Shown one piece after another: positions 20,069 to 28,752 of a stretch of DNA of 64,000 nucleotides (position 1 is its first letter; the number at the start of each line of letters is the position of its first letter). The stretch is from NCBI GenBank assembly GCA_944369075.1, contig CALVXK010000004.1:9078-73077 (forward strand), read 5' to 3'. The stretch comes from an uncultured Bacilli bacterium. GTDB lineage: Bacteria > Bacillota_I > Bacilli_A > RFN20 > CAG-826. Below the pieces are notes generated by a model, which saw only the letters and a program-made list of their open reading frames with translations, did not search any database and was not told the DNA's origin. The position numbers were made by a program, and so were the translations under genes.

Positions 20069-20889
20069 TATTTATTCCTCTCTTCTTGATTAATTTCTCT
20101 AGAAATAGCAAGCTTTGGTGATAAAAGTGCACCTCTTACTCCTATTTTTAAAGATAACGATAATGCTAAACATACAATAATTATATGAACAAACATCGAT
20201 AAAAATGCGGTTAAAGATTTTGCACCATAAACTAGTTCAAAAGAAAATCCCATTCTATAAGAAGTTACCCATGAAGAAATAGGGATTTTAAATGCAAAAT
20301 AAGTAAGAATTACTGATATTACTAAAACATAAAGTGAATAATTTTGATTAAATCTAGAATCTTTAAATCTTGTTTTAAAGATTATTACACCAATATAGAA
20401 AATTAATGACACAAGGAAAGAAACTAATGGAATTACCCATTTTAATGTAGGAGTAATAGTAATAGAATCTTCACCTGTTACTTTAACATTGGTATGAGTT
20501 AATACAAAAGTTATGACAATTGCATTCATTAAAAGAAGTAAAATTCCAAGAACTATAGGATATTTTCTATCAGCATGAATTTTAATAAATAAAACATAAA
20601 GTAAAAATGGAGTAAATCCTTGTACTATTGCTGGAATTGAATATAAAAAGTCATAAGGCCCAATAGGCATTAATAAAGCACCAATAAAATCAATTGCAAA
20701 AGAGATTATAGTTCCATAAATCGGGCCTAAATAAAAAGATGAGAATAAAACTACACTCATTGTTAAAGAGATTTTTAAAAATGGTAATCCTGCTAGAAAG
20801 TTAATCGATAACACTCTAGAAAGAATTACGCCTAAAGCTATAAACAACGCACTAAATGCTATTTTGTAGAGTTGTGACATCTTTCTCAT
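20068..20889 (-). CDS. polytopic membrane protein; N-terminal region resembles ECF-transporter S components
   Basis: 7-8 TM helices. The N-terminus LYKIAFSALFIALGVILSRV resembles substrate-specific S components. This is a tentative call. Confidence 0.3.
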   Translation of the reverse strand: MRKMSQLYKIAFSALFIALGVILSRVLSINFLAGLPFLKISLTMSVVLFSSFYLGPIYGTIISFAIDFIGALLMPIGPYDFLYSIPAIVQGFTPFLLYVLFIKIHADRKYPIVLGILLLLMNAIVITFVLTHTNVKVTGEDSITITPTLKWVIPLVSFLVSLIFYIGVIIFKTRFKDSRFNQNYSLYVLVISVILTYFAFKIPISSWVTSYRMGFSFELVYGAKSLTAFLSMFVHIIIVCLALSLSLKIGVRGALLSPKLAISREINQEERNK

Positions 20890-20928
20890 GGAAACCTCTT
20901 TTCACGTGGTAACTTAAATTAACGTATT

Positions 20929-21390
20929 TTATCTTTTTAATGCTTTAGCAATATTTCTATCTATATCTCTATTTTTAATTGTTTCACGCTTATCGTAAAT
21001 CTTTTTACCTTTAGCTAAAGCTATTTCTACTTTACATCTACCTTTCTTTAAATAAACTTTTGTAGGAACAATGGTAAAGCCTTTTTCTTTTGTATATTTA
21101 ACAAATTTAGCAATTTCTCTTTTATGTAGAAGTAGTTTTCTACTTCTTAAAGGATCATGATTAAATACACTTGATTTTTCGTATTCACTAATATTCATGT
21201 TTAAAACATACATTTCATTATTTCTTATAACAACATAGGCATCATCAATAGAAACTTTATGATTTCTAATTGATTTAATTTCACTTCCTTTAAGTTCAAT
21301 CCCGCACTCTAAAAAATCACTCAAGAAATAATTAAAATGAGCTTTTCTATTATTCGAAATTACTTTAATATTCTCTTTATTTTCTGCCAT
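20929..21390 (-). CDS. smpB: SsrA-binding protein SmpB
   Basis: KVISNNRKAHFNYFL...GSEIKSIR...KVYLKKGRCKVEIALAKGKK is a typical SmpB sequence. Confidence 0.9.
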   Translation of the reverse strand: MAENKENIKVISNNRKAHFNYFLSDFLECGIELKGSEIKSIRNHKVSIDDAYVVIRNNEMYVLNMNISEYEKSSVFNHDPLRSRKLLLHKREIAKFVKYTKEKGFTIVPTKVYLKKGRCKVEIALAKGKKIYDKRETIKNRDIDRNIAKALKR

Positions 21391-21392
21391 TT

Positions 21393-22376
21393 TTACCTAC
21401 TTTTATAATAATCAATTGTTAAATCTAAAGCGTATTCAAAATCATAATCTTTACGATAACCAAGTTCATTAGTAATCTTAGAAAAATCTAAAGCGTACTT
21501 CTTATCATTAACTTTTCTATCTTTAACGAATTCAATAAGTTTTTCACTTCTTTTAAGTTTCTTTAATATGAATTTAACTAAATTAATATTGGAATGAAAT
21601 TCATCTGCTCCAATATTATAAACCTCGCCATCTTTTCCGTTAAAAAGTATTAAATCTAAAGCTTTACAGTGATCTAGAACAAAGATCCAATCTCTTACGT
21701 TTTTACCATCTCCATAAACCGGAACTTCCATCTTATTTAAAGCTCTATTAATTACTAATGGAATTAGTTTATCACTTGCTTGGTACATTCCAAAGTTATT
21801 AGTACTTCTAGAAATAGTAACATTTAATCCATTTAATTTATGGAACATAAGTAAATATTCTTCTGCTTGGGCTTTACTTAAAGCGTAAGGATTTTTTGGA
21901 TTAAAAGGAGAATCTTCTTTAAATTTCTTTTTAGAATCTAGCTCTAAATCTCCATATACTTCATCAGTTGAAACTTGATGTAATCTTTTAACTTTATATT
22001 TTAAACAAAGCATTGCAAGATTAACGACACCTAAAACATTAGACGAAACAAATTCATTTTGAAAAGTAAAAGATTTATCAACACTTGTTTCAGCAGCAAA
22101 GTTAATTACATAATCAAATTTTTCTTTTCTAAATACTTTTTCCAGAAATTCATAATTAGCAATGTCACCTTTAATGAATTTAAAATTTGAAAAATTTTTA
22201 AATTCATTAAGCATAATCTTATTTGCAGCATATGTTAATTTATCTAAAACTACTATCTTATAATCTTTATATTTACCTAAAAGCATCTTAACAAAGTTAG
22301 TGCCTATAAATCCTAATCCGCCAGTAACAAGTATTTTCATTTCTTTTAATTCCTCTAATCTTTTAAAGTATATCAA
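21393..22376 (-). CDS. NAD-dependent epimerase/dehydratase (dTDP-glucose 4,6-dehydratase / UDP-sugar epimerase family)
   Basis: Rossmann motif VTGGLGFIGTNFV and catalytic YALSK (YxxxK) are present. Confidence 0.7.
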   Translation of the reverse strand: MIYFKRLEELKEMKILVTGGLGFIGTNFVKMLLGKYKDYKIVVLDKLTYAANKIMLNEFKNFSNFKFIKGDIANYEFLEKVFRKEKFDYVINFAAETSVDKSFTFQNEFVSSNVLGVVNLAMLCLKYKVKRLHQVSTDEVYGDLELDSKKKFKEDSPFNPKNPYALSKAQAEEYLLMFHKLNGLNVTISRSTNNFGMYQASDKLIPLVINRALNKMEVPVYGDGKNVRDWIFVLDHCKALDLILFNGKDGEVYNIGADEFHSNINLVKFILKKLKRSEKLIEFVKDRKVNDKKYALDFSKITNELGYRKDYDFEYALDLTIDYYKSR

Positions 22377-22476
22377 TTATAAATGGACTTATCTAATTTT
22401 TAAATCAATATTATTTAAATTTGTTGCACCAACCTACAATCTTTATTAAGCTTATTTTATAAAGGAACAAAATACT

Positions 22477-22959
22477 ATGAAAAAACTATCAACTTTAGTC
22501 TTGCCTCTTTTGACTTTAATATCTTTAACTTCTTGTTCTACTAATAATAAAGATGATTATATTTTAGTTAAAAAAGATCTATATTTTCTTAAATATTTAA
22601 CTTATGGTGATATTTTAAACATGAAAGAGATATATGCTAAAAACCTAAATGAAAATAATAAATATGAAGATCCTTATAATGATATTCTTTTTGAAGGATA
22701 TTATGGAACCTATTTTATTGGTGAAGAGCAAGAAAAAGTTCATATAGTTTCTTTTTTTCCTTACGATTCTAGTCATACTGCCGATGTAAAAAAGATCAAA
22801 ATTGGAGAATATGAATTAGTTTATCCAACATTAATTCCTAATGCATTTTATGATAATAAATTCTATTCTTTAAACGATGCTTATGAGTCTTCAATTATTG
22901 ATAACAATATTCTAGAAAGATTATCAAAAACCTCTAATCTTCTTAATCCAAAATACTAA
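22477..22959 (+). CDS. lipoprotein, unknown function
   Basis: Signal peptide with lipobox LTSC. SD AAGGAAC upstream. Confidence 0.5.
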   Translation: MKKLSTLVLPLLTLISLTSCSTNNKDDYILVKKDLYFLKYLTYGDILNMKEIYAKNLNENNKYEDPYNDILFEGYYGTYFIGEEQEKVHIVSFFPYDSSHTADVKKIKIGEYELVYPTLIPNAFYDNKFYSLNDAYESSIIDNNILERLSKTSNLLNPKY

Positions 22960-23014
22960 AATAAGTACAAACAAGTACTAATTTAAAATTTATAAAAATA
23001 ACGATAACTTTCAT

Positions 23015-23047
23015 ATAAAAAGAGGATTACCTTTATGAATAACCCTC
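23015..23047 (-). terminator. rho-independent terminator of copA
   Basis: Minus-strand GAGGGUUA-(10 nt)-UAAUCCUC forms an 8-bp stem with one G.U pair. It is followed by UUUUUAUAU. Confidence 0.5.
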
Positions 23048-23058
23048 CTATTTAATTA

Positions 23059-25332
23059 TTAGTTCTTTTTAATAAATAAAGTTAAAGCATTTAAACATAC
23101 GGTAACGCTACTACAAGCCATAAGTATAGCGCAGTACATTGGTTCTAATATAAAACCTAAGAAAGAGAATACTCCTGCTGCTACTGGAATAAATATAATG
23201 TTATAAATAAATGCCCAGAATACGTTAAAAGAAATGTTATGTCTAATTCTTCTAGAAATATTAAGTATTTTAAATATATCGTTTAAATTATTTCTCATTA
23301 AAATAAATGTTGCACTCGCAATAGCAATATCGCTACCTTTTGCAATAGATACTCCAATATCAGCTCTAGTTAAAGCAATAGAATCATTAACTCCATCTCC
23401 AACCATCATTACTTTATATCCTTCATTTTGTAACTTAATAATCTCTTTATCTTTATCTAAAGGTTTAACTTCGCTAATAACAGTGTCTATTCCTACTTCT
23501 TTTGCAATATAAGAAGCAATATTTTTATTATCTCCAGTAAGAAGAACTATCTTTTTGAAGTGTTTTTTAGCTTCAATAATAAATTCTTTAGCTTCTTTCT
23601 TTAATTTATCTTTCAAATAAAATAAAGCGTAAATATTACCGTTTAAATCATATACAAGTATTGATAATTCACCATTATATGTCGAATTATCAATGCTTTC
23701 TTCTATATCTTTAGGTATAGAAATTAATGTTTTAGCATGTTCTTTATTTGTAATAAATATTACTTCATTATTTTTAAATGTGGCTTTAATTCCTCCTCCA
23801 GGAATAGTTTCATTCATCATAAAATCACTTGATAACGTAATATCTAAGTTATTTTCTTTTAAATATGATGATATTGCTTTAGCAATAGGGTGTTCACTAT
23901 ATTTTTCAATAGTATATATTTTTGATAGTAAGCTTGTTTTAGTGTTATCTAAGATATTTAAAGAAGATACTGATAATTCTCCTTCAGTTATAGTATTTGT
24001 TTTATCAAGTACTAAACAATCTATATCTTTAACTTTTTCTATACCTTCACTTTTTTGTACAAGGACATAATTTTTTGAAAATACACTACTTCCTACAAGT
24101 AAAGAGATGGGGGTTGCAAGACCTAAAGCACATGGACAAGAGATTACTAAAACTCCTACTCCAAAAGTAAATGCTTCATCAAAAACTGAATTAAAGTGTC
24201 CTATTGAAATAATTGGTGTATTGTTATTTAAAATTCCAGCAATTAACCATGAAATAAAAACAACTAAAGCAATTATCATTACTGTAGGTATAAAAATCTT
24301 AGCAACTTTATCTACTTTTTCAGTTAAAGGTGTTTTCATATTACTAGCTTCAGCAACTAAAGAAGCTATTTTATTTAAAACACTATCTTTTCTTTCTTTA
24401 TTTACTAAAATGGTAATTGGTGCTTCTTTATTAACACTTCCTCCAATAACATGATCATCTTCTACTTTTAATATTGGTAAAGATTCTCCTGAGATAATTG
24501 ATTCATCAACACTTGTTTTTCCACTTAATATAATTCCATCAGCCGGAATTGTTTCTCCAACCTTAACTACTAATTTATCTTTTAATTTAATATCTTTTGA
24601 ATTAATGTCAATAATCTCATTATTTTCTAACTTATGTGCAGTTTTAGGTCTTAAAGCAAGTAACGCTTTAATTGTTGATTTTGCTTTATTTTTAGATAAA
24701 TTCTCAATATATTTACCTAAAGAAACAAATACTAAAATCATTGCACTACTATCTAAATATAGATGGAAATGCTCATAAGTATAATGATTAAAGAAAGCAC
24801 TAATTGTAAGATAAATTGAATAAATTAAAGAAAATAAAGAACCTAAGAATACTAAGGTATCCATATTAAATTTAAATTTAATTAAAGTAATAAATCCATT
24901 TTTATAATATTTAAAGAATAATCCTATAATTACAAAAGAAATTACATATTGAATAGCATTAGATAAATAAAAAGGAGGTTCTTTAATAATTTCTGGCATA
25001 ATTGATGGATACATTGGACCCATTCCAAAAAATAAAAGAGGAATAAGTAAAACTATACCAATAATTATCTTAATTAGTTCTTTATAATCTTTTTTAGTTT
25101 CAAAAATAACTTCTTCATCATAATTATCTTCCAATTTATAACCAGAAGAAGCTACTTCTTTATATAAATCTTTTTCGTTAAAAGTTTTCTCATCATAAGT
25201 TATTTTAATGGAATTAGACATTAAATTGACTTCAGCATTTTTGATTCCTTTAACTTTATTAGCAGCACATTCAACATTATTTTTACAAGCTGCACAATGC
25301 ATTCCTTCAACACTATACTCTTTTTCTTTCAT
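23059..25332 (-). CDS. copA: copper-translocating P1B-type ATPase CopA
   Basis: N-terminal HMA GMHCAACK, transmembrane CPC (SCPCALGLATP), phosphorylation DKTNT and hinge GDGVNDS are all present. The start is most likely the ATG at 25332 with SD GGAGAG. The ORF track extends to a TTG at 25353. Confidence 0.9.
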   Translation of the reverse strand: MKEKEYSVEGMHCAACKNNVECAANKVKGIKNAEVNLMSNSIKITYDEKTFNEKDLYKEVASSGYKLEDNYDEEVIFETKKDYKELIKIIIGIVLLIPLLFFGMGPMYPSIMPEIIKEPPFYLSNAIQYVISFVIIGLFFKYYKNGFITLIKFKFNMDTLVFLGSLFSLIYSIYLTISAFFNHYTYEHFHLYLDSSAMILVFVSLGKYIENLSKNKAKSTIKALLALRPKTAHKLENNEIIDINSKDIKLKDKLVVKVGETIPADGIILSGKTSVDESIISGESLPILKVEDDHVIGGSVNKEAPITILVNKERKDSVLNKIASLVAEASNMKTPLTEKVDKVAKIFIPTVMIIALVVFISWLIAGILNNNTPIISIGHFNSVFDEAFTFGVGVLVISCPCALGLATPISLLVGSSVFSKNYVLVQKSEGIEKVKDIDCLVLDKTNTITEGELSVSSLNILDNTKTSLLSKIYTIEKYSEHPIAKAISSYLKENNLDITLSSDFMMNETIPGGGIKATFKNNEVIFITNKEHAKTLISIPKDIEESIDNSTYNGELSILVYDLNGNIYALFYLKDKLKKEAKEFIIEAKKHFKKIVLLTGDNKNIASYIAKEVGIDTVISEVKPLDKDKEIIKLQNEGYKVMMVGDGVNDSIALTRADIGVSIAKGSDIAIASATFILMRNNLNDIFKILNISRRIRHNISFNVFWAFIYNIIFIPVAAGVFSFLGFILEPMYCAILMACSSVTVCLNALTLFIKKN

Positions 25333-25412
25333 AAATTTATTCTCTCCAAACAAAAATAGAAATAATAAATTTATGTTATCACTTTAAAATTAGCATAGAA
25401 AATTAAATGCTT

Positions 25413-25967
25413 TTATTTTTCTTCTTCTTTTTGTTTATTTTCAAAATCGAGTTTAACTTTGCGGTATACATCGATCATTCGATCTAAATAATCCATATTG
25501 GTCATATCAATTGGGTTTTTAAATCTAGAAATAAGGTCATCTGCATTAAGATTTTGTTTTCCTGCACCAGCTTTTAAACCTAAGGTAATAAGTTTTTGAG
25601 TTAATTTAGACATTTTTGAATAATCCATTCCACCCGGTAAAAGATAAAGTCTAACATGATAATATTCTAAGCCATTAGCCATAATTACATCTTCTTTTTT
25701 AGAATCAGTAACAGGTTCTATTCCTGTTGCAAAAATAAATATATTTTTATCTTTTATCTTATTATATTTATTTAAAAGTTTATTTAATCCCTCAATTTTA
25801 TTCGCTCTTAAAGGTCCGCCATAAATAATAGTATCATAATTTTTAAGTTTTCCCCATTTAGCTTTCTTAAAAGGAACAACTTCAATATCAACTAGTCTTC
25901 TTTCAATTGAATCAACATATTTTTTAGTATAACCAGTATTTGATTTATAAATTAGAATCGTTTTCAT
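25413..25967 (-). CDS. flavodoxin-like domain protein
   Basis: MKTILIYKSNTGYTKKY is a flavodoxin-type N-terminus. Length 184 aa. Confidence 0.5.
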   Translation of the reverse strand: MKTILIYKSNTGYTKKYVDSIERRLVDIEVVPFKKAKWGKLKNYDTIIYGGPLRANKIEGLNKLLNKYNKIKDKNIFIFATGIEPVTDSKKEDVIMANGLEYYHVRLYLLPGGMDYSKMSKLTQKLITLGLKAGAGKQNLNADDLISRFKNPIDMTNMDYLDRMIDVYRKVKLDFENKQKEEEK

Positions 25968-26017
25968 ATGTAGTTATTATAAATAATTTAAATTATTTAA
26001 TAAATATTGAAAAACTA

Positions 26018-26047
26018 TTGACAGTTGAATAGTTGTTCAACTATTAT
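26018..26047 (+). promoter_or_regulatory. sigma-A-type promoter with embedded ArsR/CadC-type operator for the cad operon
   Basis: TTGACA (26018-26023), then 18 nt, then TATTAT (26042-26047). A perfect 8-2-8 inverted repeat AATAGTTG-TT-CAACTATT (26028-26045) overlaps the -10 element. Confidence 0.55.
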
Positions 26048-26067
26048 ATTGTCGTAAGGAGAAAATT

Positions 26068-26382
26068 ATGGAAGAAATGGTAAATCAAAAAGAACTTAAT
26101 GATGAAGAAATTTATGACTTAAGCGACTTTTTCAAGGTATTAGGTGATTCAACTAGACTTAAACTTCTTTATTGTCTAGACAAAAACGAGATGACCGTTA
26201 CTGAACTTTGTAACAAATTAGGTATGACTAAAAGTGCAGTATCACATCAACTTAAAGTACTTAAAGATAATAAGTTAGTTAATTATCGCAAAAAAGGCAA
26301 AAATGCTATTTATGAACTTGATGATGAACACATTTCTACCATCATTGAAACCGCTGAAATTCACTTAAAGGAGAGAAATTAA
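26068..26382 (+). CDS. cadC: ArsR/SmtB-family metalloregulator (CadC-like)
   Basis: HTH region LGDSTRLKLLYCLDKNEMTVTELCNKLGMTKSAVSHQLKVL. SD AAGGAG upstream. Confidence 0.8.
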   Translation: MEEMVNQKELNDEEIYDLSDFFKVLGDSTRLKLLYCLDKNEMTVTELCNKLGMTKSAVSHQLKVLKDNKLVNYRKKGKNAIYELDDEHISTIIETAEIHLKERN

Positions 26383-26384
26383 TT

Positions 26385-26597
26385 ATGGAATCGATTTATT
26401 TAGTTAAAGGCTTAGATTGTGCTAACTGTGCAAGAGAATTCGAAGAAAAAGTTAATAAAATTAATGGTGTGGATGAAGCTACAATGAATTTTATGTCTTT
26501 AAAACTTATTGTTAATTCTTCAAGCGATTGTACTAATGAAATTAATGAAATTGCTAAAAATTTTGAAGATGGCCTTGTTTTAAGAAAAATTAAATAA
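26385..26597 (+). CDS. stand-alone heavy-metal-associated (HMA) domain protein
   Basis: GLDCANCAREFEEKVNKINGV carries the GxxCxxC metal-binding motif. It has its own SD AAAGGAGAG. Confidence 0.7.
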   Translation: MESIYLVKGLDCANCAREFEEKVNKINGVDEATMNFMSLKLIVNSSSDCTNEINEIAKNFEDGLVLRKIK

Positions 26598-26643
26598 TTT
26601 CTAATTAATATCCTTATTTATATATAAGAAGGAGGTATCGTTT

Positions 26644-28596
26644 ATGTCTAAAAAACAAAAATTTGATATCGCAAGGATAATAATTGGAGTATTTACTTTA
26701 GCTGTTTTACTCCCATTACACTTTGTTATTGGAGAGAACAAATTAGGTCCAAGCGATATCAATACATTTATTATATTACCAATTTCAATAATAGTTTACA
26801 TTTTAGTTGCTTATGATTTCTTCATTAAGACATTTAAAAACTTTAAAAAGAAAAGATTCTTTGATGAAATTACTTTAACTTTAATCGCTTCTATTGCTGC
26901 TTTTTGTGTAAATCAAGCGGTTGAAGCTCTTGCTGTTGCTTTATTTTTCCAAATTGGTGAAAAATTCGAAGATTATGCTGTTAATAAATCAAGAAAATCT
27001 ATTAAAGATGTCTTAGATTTAAGAAGTGATAAAGCTAGAATTATTAATAATTTTAATTTAAGTAATGAAGAAGAAAAAATAGTTGATCCATATGATGTTA
27101 ATATTAACGATATTATCTTAGTTAATCCAGGAGAAAGAGTCCCTCTTGATGGAGTAGTTATTAAAGGAAATGGATTTATTGATACTTCTTCTTTAACTGG
27201 AGAAAGTGTTCCAAGAAGAATAAAAGAAAATGATGAAATTTTATCAGGAGTTATGGTTAATGCTTCTCCTTTATATATAAAGGTTAGTAAAATGTTTTAT
27301 GATTCAACTACTTCAAAAATAATGGATTTAGTTGAGAATGCTACAAATAATAAAACAAGTAACGAAAAATTTATTACTAAGTTTTCGAAATATTACACAC
27401 CTATTGTTGTTATTCTTGCAATTTTAATTGCAATAATTACACCTTTCTTTGGAGATTTCACTTTAGCTTCTACTTGGCAAAATAGTGTATTTAATGCTGC
27501 TAGCTTATTAGTTGTTTCTTGTCCTTGTGCTTTAGTTTTAAGTGTTCCTATGGCTTACTTTGTTGGAATTGGTGAAGCTAGTAAAGTTAAAATGATTATT
27601 AAAGGTAGCGTATATCTTGAAAAATTATCAAAACTTGATACAGTAATTCTTGATAAAACAGGAACAATTACAAAAGGTAATTTCGTAGTTAATAAAATCA
27701 ATACTGCAAATAAAGATATTTCAAAAGATTATGTTTTAGCTCTTGCAAAAGTTGCTGAATCTAATTCTAATCACCCTATTGCTCATTCTATTTTAGAAGC
27801 AAAATCTCAAATGATCTTAGATAAAAATAAAATATCTAACTTAGAGGAAGTTGAAGGTAAAGGTATTAAATTAAATTATGATAATAAAGAATTATTAGTA
27901 GGTAATGCTTTATTATTAAAAGATAAAAATATTGAGATTAATAACTATGATCCTAATGATGTTGGAACATTAATCTATGTTTCTTATGACAATAAATATT
28001 TAGGATATATCTTAATTAAAGATGAGATTAAAGAAGATAGTGTTAATGCAATTAAATCATTCTCTAAAGTTGAAATTAATGATACTTATATGTTAACCGG
28101 TGATAATGAAGAAACTGCTAAATATATTGCTTCTTTAACTTATATTAAAAACTATAAATATTCTTTATTACCTTTAGATAAAGTTAATGAAGTTAAAAAG
28201 ATCAAGAAAGAAAAAGGCAATAAAGTAGTTGGATTTGTTGGAGACGGAATTAATGATGCTCCTTCAATGTCAATTGTTGATTTAGCTTTCTCAATGGGAA
28301 ATATTGGAAGTGATGTAGCTATTGAAGCAAGTGATATAGTTATTATGGATGATAAACTTTCAACATTAGTTAAAGGCAAAAAGATTGCAAAACGTACTAT
28401 TAAGGTAGTTTATCAAAATATTATCTTCTCACTTGTAATTAAACTAATTGCAATTATATTAACTACTCTAAATACTATTACTCCATTCCTTGGAACTTAC
28501 ATTATGTGGATATCAATCTTTGCTGATGTTGGTGTAACATTCCTTGCCGTATGTAATTCACTTAGATTAATGCTATATAAACATAATAAAATATAA
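26644..28596 (+). CDS. cadA: Cd/Zn/Pb-type P1B ATPase (CadA/ZntA family) lacking an N-terminal metal-binding domain
   Basis: CPC (SCPCALVLSVP), DKTGT, GDGINDAP. The protein starts directly in the membrane region. A strong SD AAGGAGGT lies upstream. Confidence 0.85.
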   Translation: MSKKQKFDIARIIIGVFTLAVLLPLHFVIGENKLGPSDINTFIILPISIIVYILVAYDFFIKTFKNFKKKRFFDEITLTLIASIAAFCVNQAVEALAVALFFQIGEKFEDYAVNKSRKSIKDVLDLRSDKARIINNFNLSNEEEKIVDPYDVNINDIILVNPGERVPLDGVVIKGNGFIDTSSLTGESVPRRIKENDEILSGVMVNASPLYIKVSKMFYDSTTSKIMDLVENATNNKTSNEKFITKFSKYYTPIVVILAILIAIITPFFGDFTLASTWQNSVFNAASLLVVSCPCALVLSVPMAYFVGIGEASKVKMIIKGSVYLEKLSKLDTVILDKTGTITKGNFVVNKINTANKDISKDYVLALAKVAESNSNHPIAHSILEAKSQMILDKNKISNLEEVEGKGIKLNYDNKELLVGNALLLKDKNIEINNYDPNDVGTLIYVSYDNKYLGYILIKDEIKEDSVNAIKSFSKVEINDTYMLTGDNEETAKYIASLTYIKNYKYSLLPLDKVNEVKKIKKEKGNKVVGFVGDGINDAPSMSIVDLAFSMGNIGSDVAIEASDIVIMDDKLSTLVKGKKIAKRTIKVVYQNIIFSLVIKLIAIILTTLNTITPFLGTYIMWISIFADVGVTFLAVCNSLRLMLYKHNKI

Positions 28597-28752
28597 TACT
28601 ATTACATCTAGTATTGAAAAACCAGGAATTATAAAGTCTCTAGAAATAGGGGCTTTTTTTATTTGACTTAGTTCATATTATAGTTTATATTTTTCTTAAT
28701 CATTAATTTATTAATGATTGTTTTGAATAGTTATAAATTTTAATTTAGATAT

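Noticed and set aside
19860-20093. 77-aa plus-strand ORF overlapping the small minus-strand membrane peptide
   Set aside because: It reads antisense through the membrane peptide gene and through the start of the next gene. The minus-strand ORF has translational-coupling evidence, so the plus-strand one is spurious.
26385-26643. Possibility that the stand-alone HMA ORF and cadA are a single gene broken by a frameshift (pseudogene)
   Set aside because: Both have their own well-spaced Shine-Dalgarno sequences and clean start codons. A 46-nt spacer separates them. A split arrangement seems intentional, though resequencing would settle it.
28597-28752. Candidate terminator after cadA (T-run at about 28655)
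   Set aside because: The T-run is not preceded by a convincing GC-containing stem.
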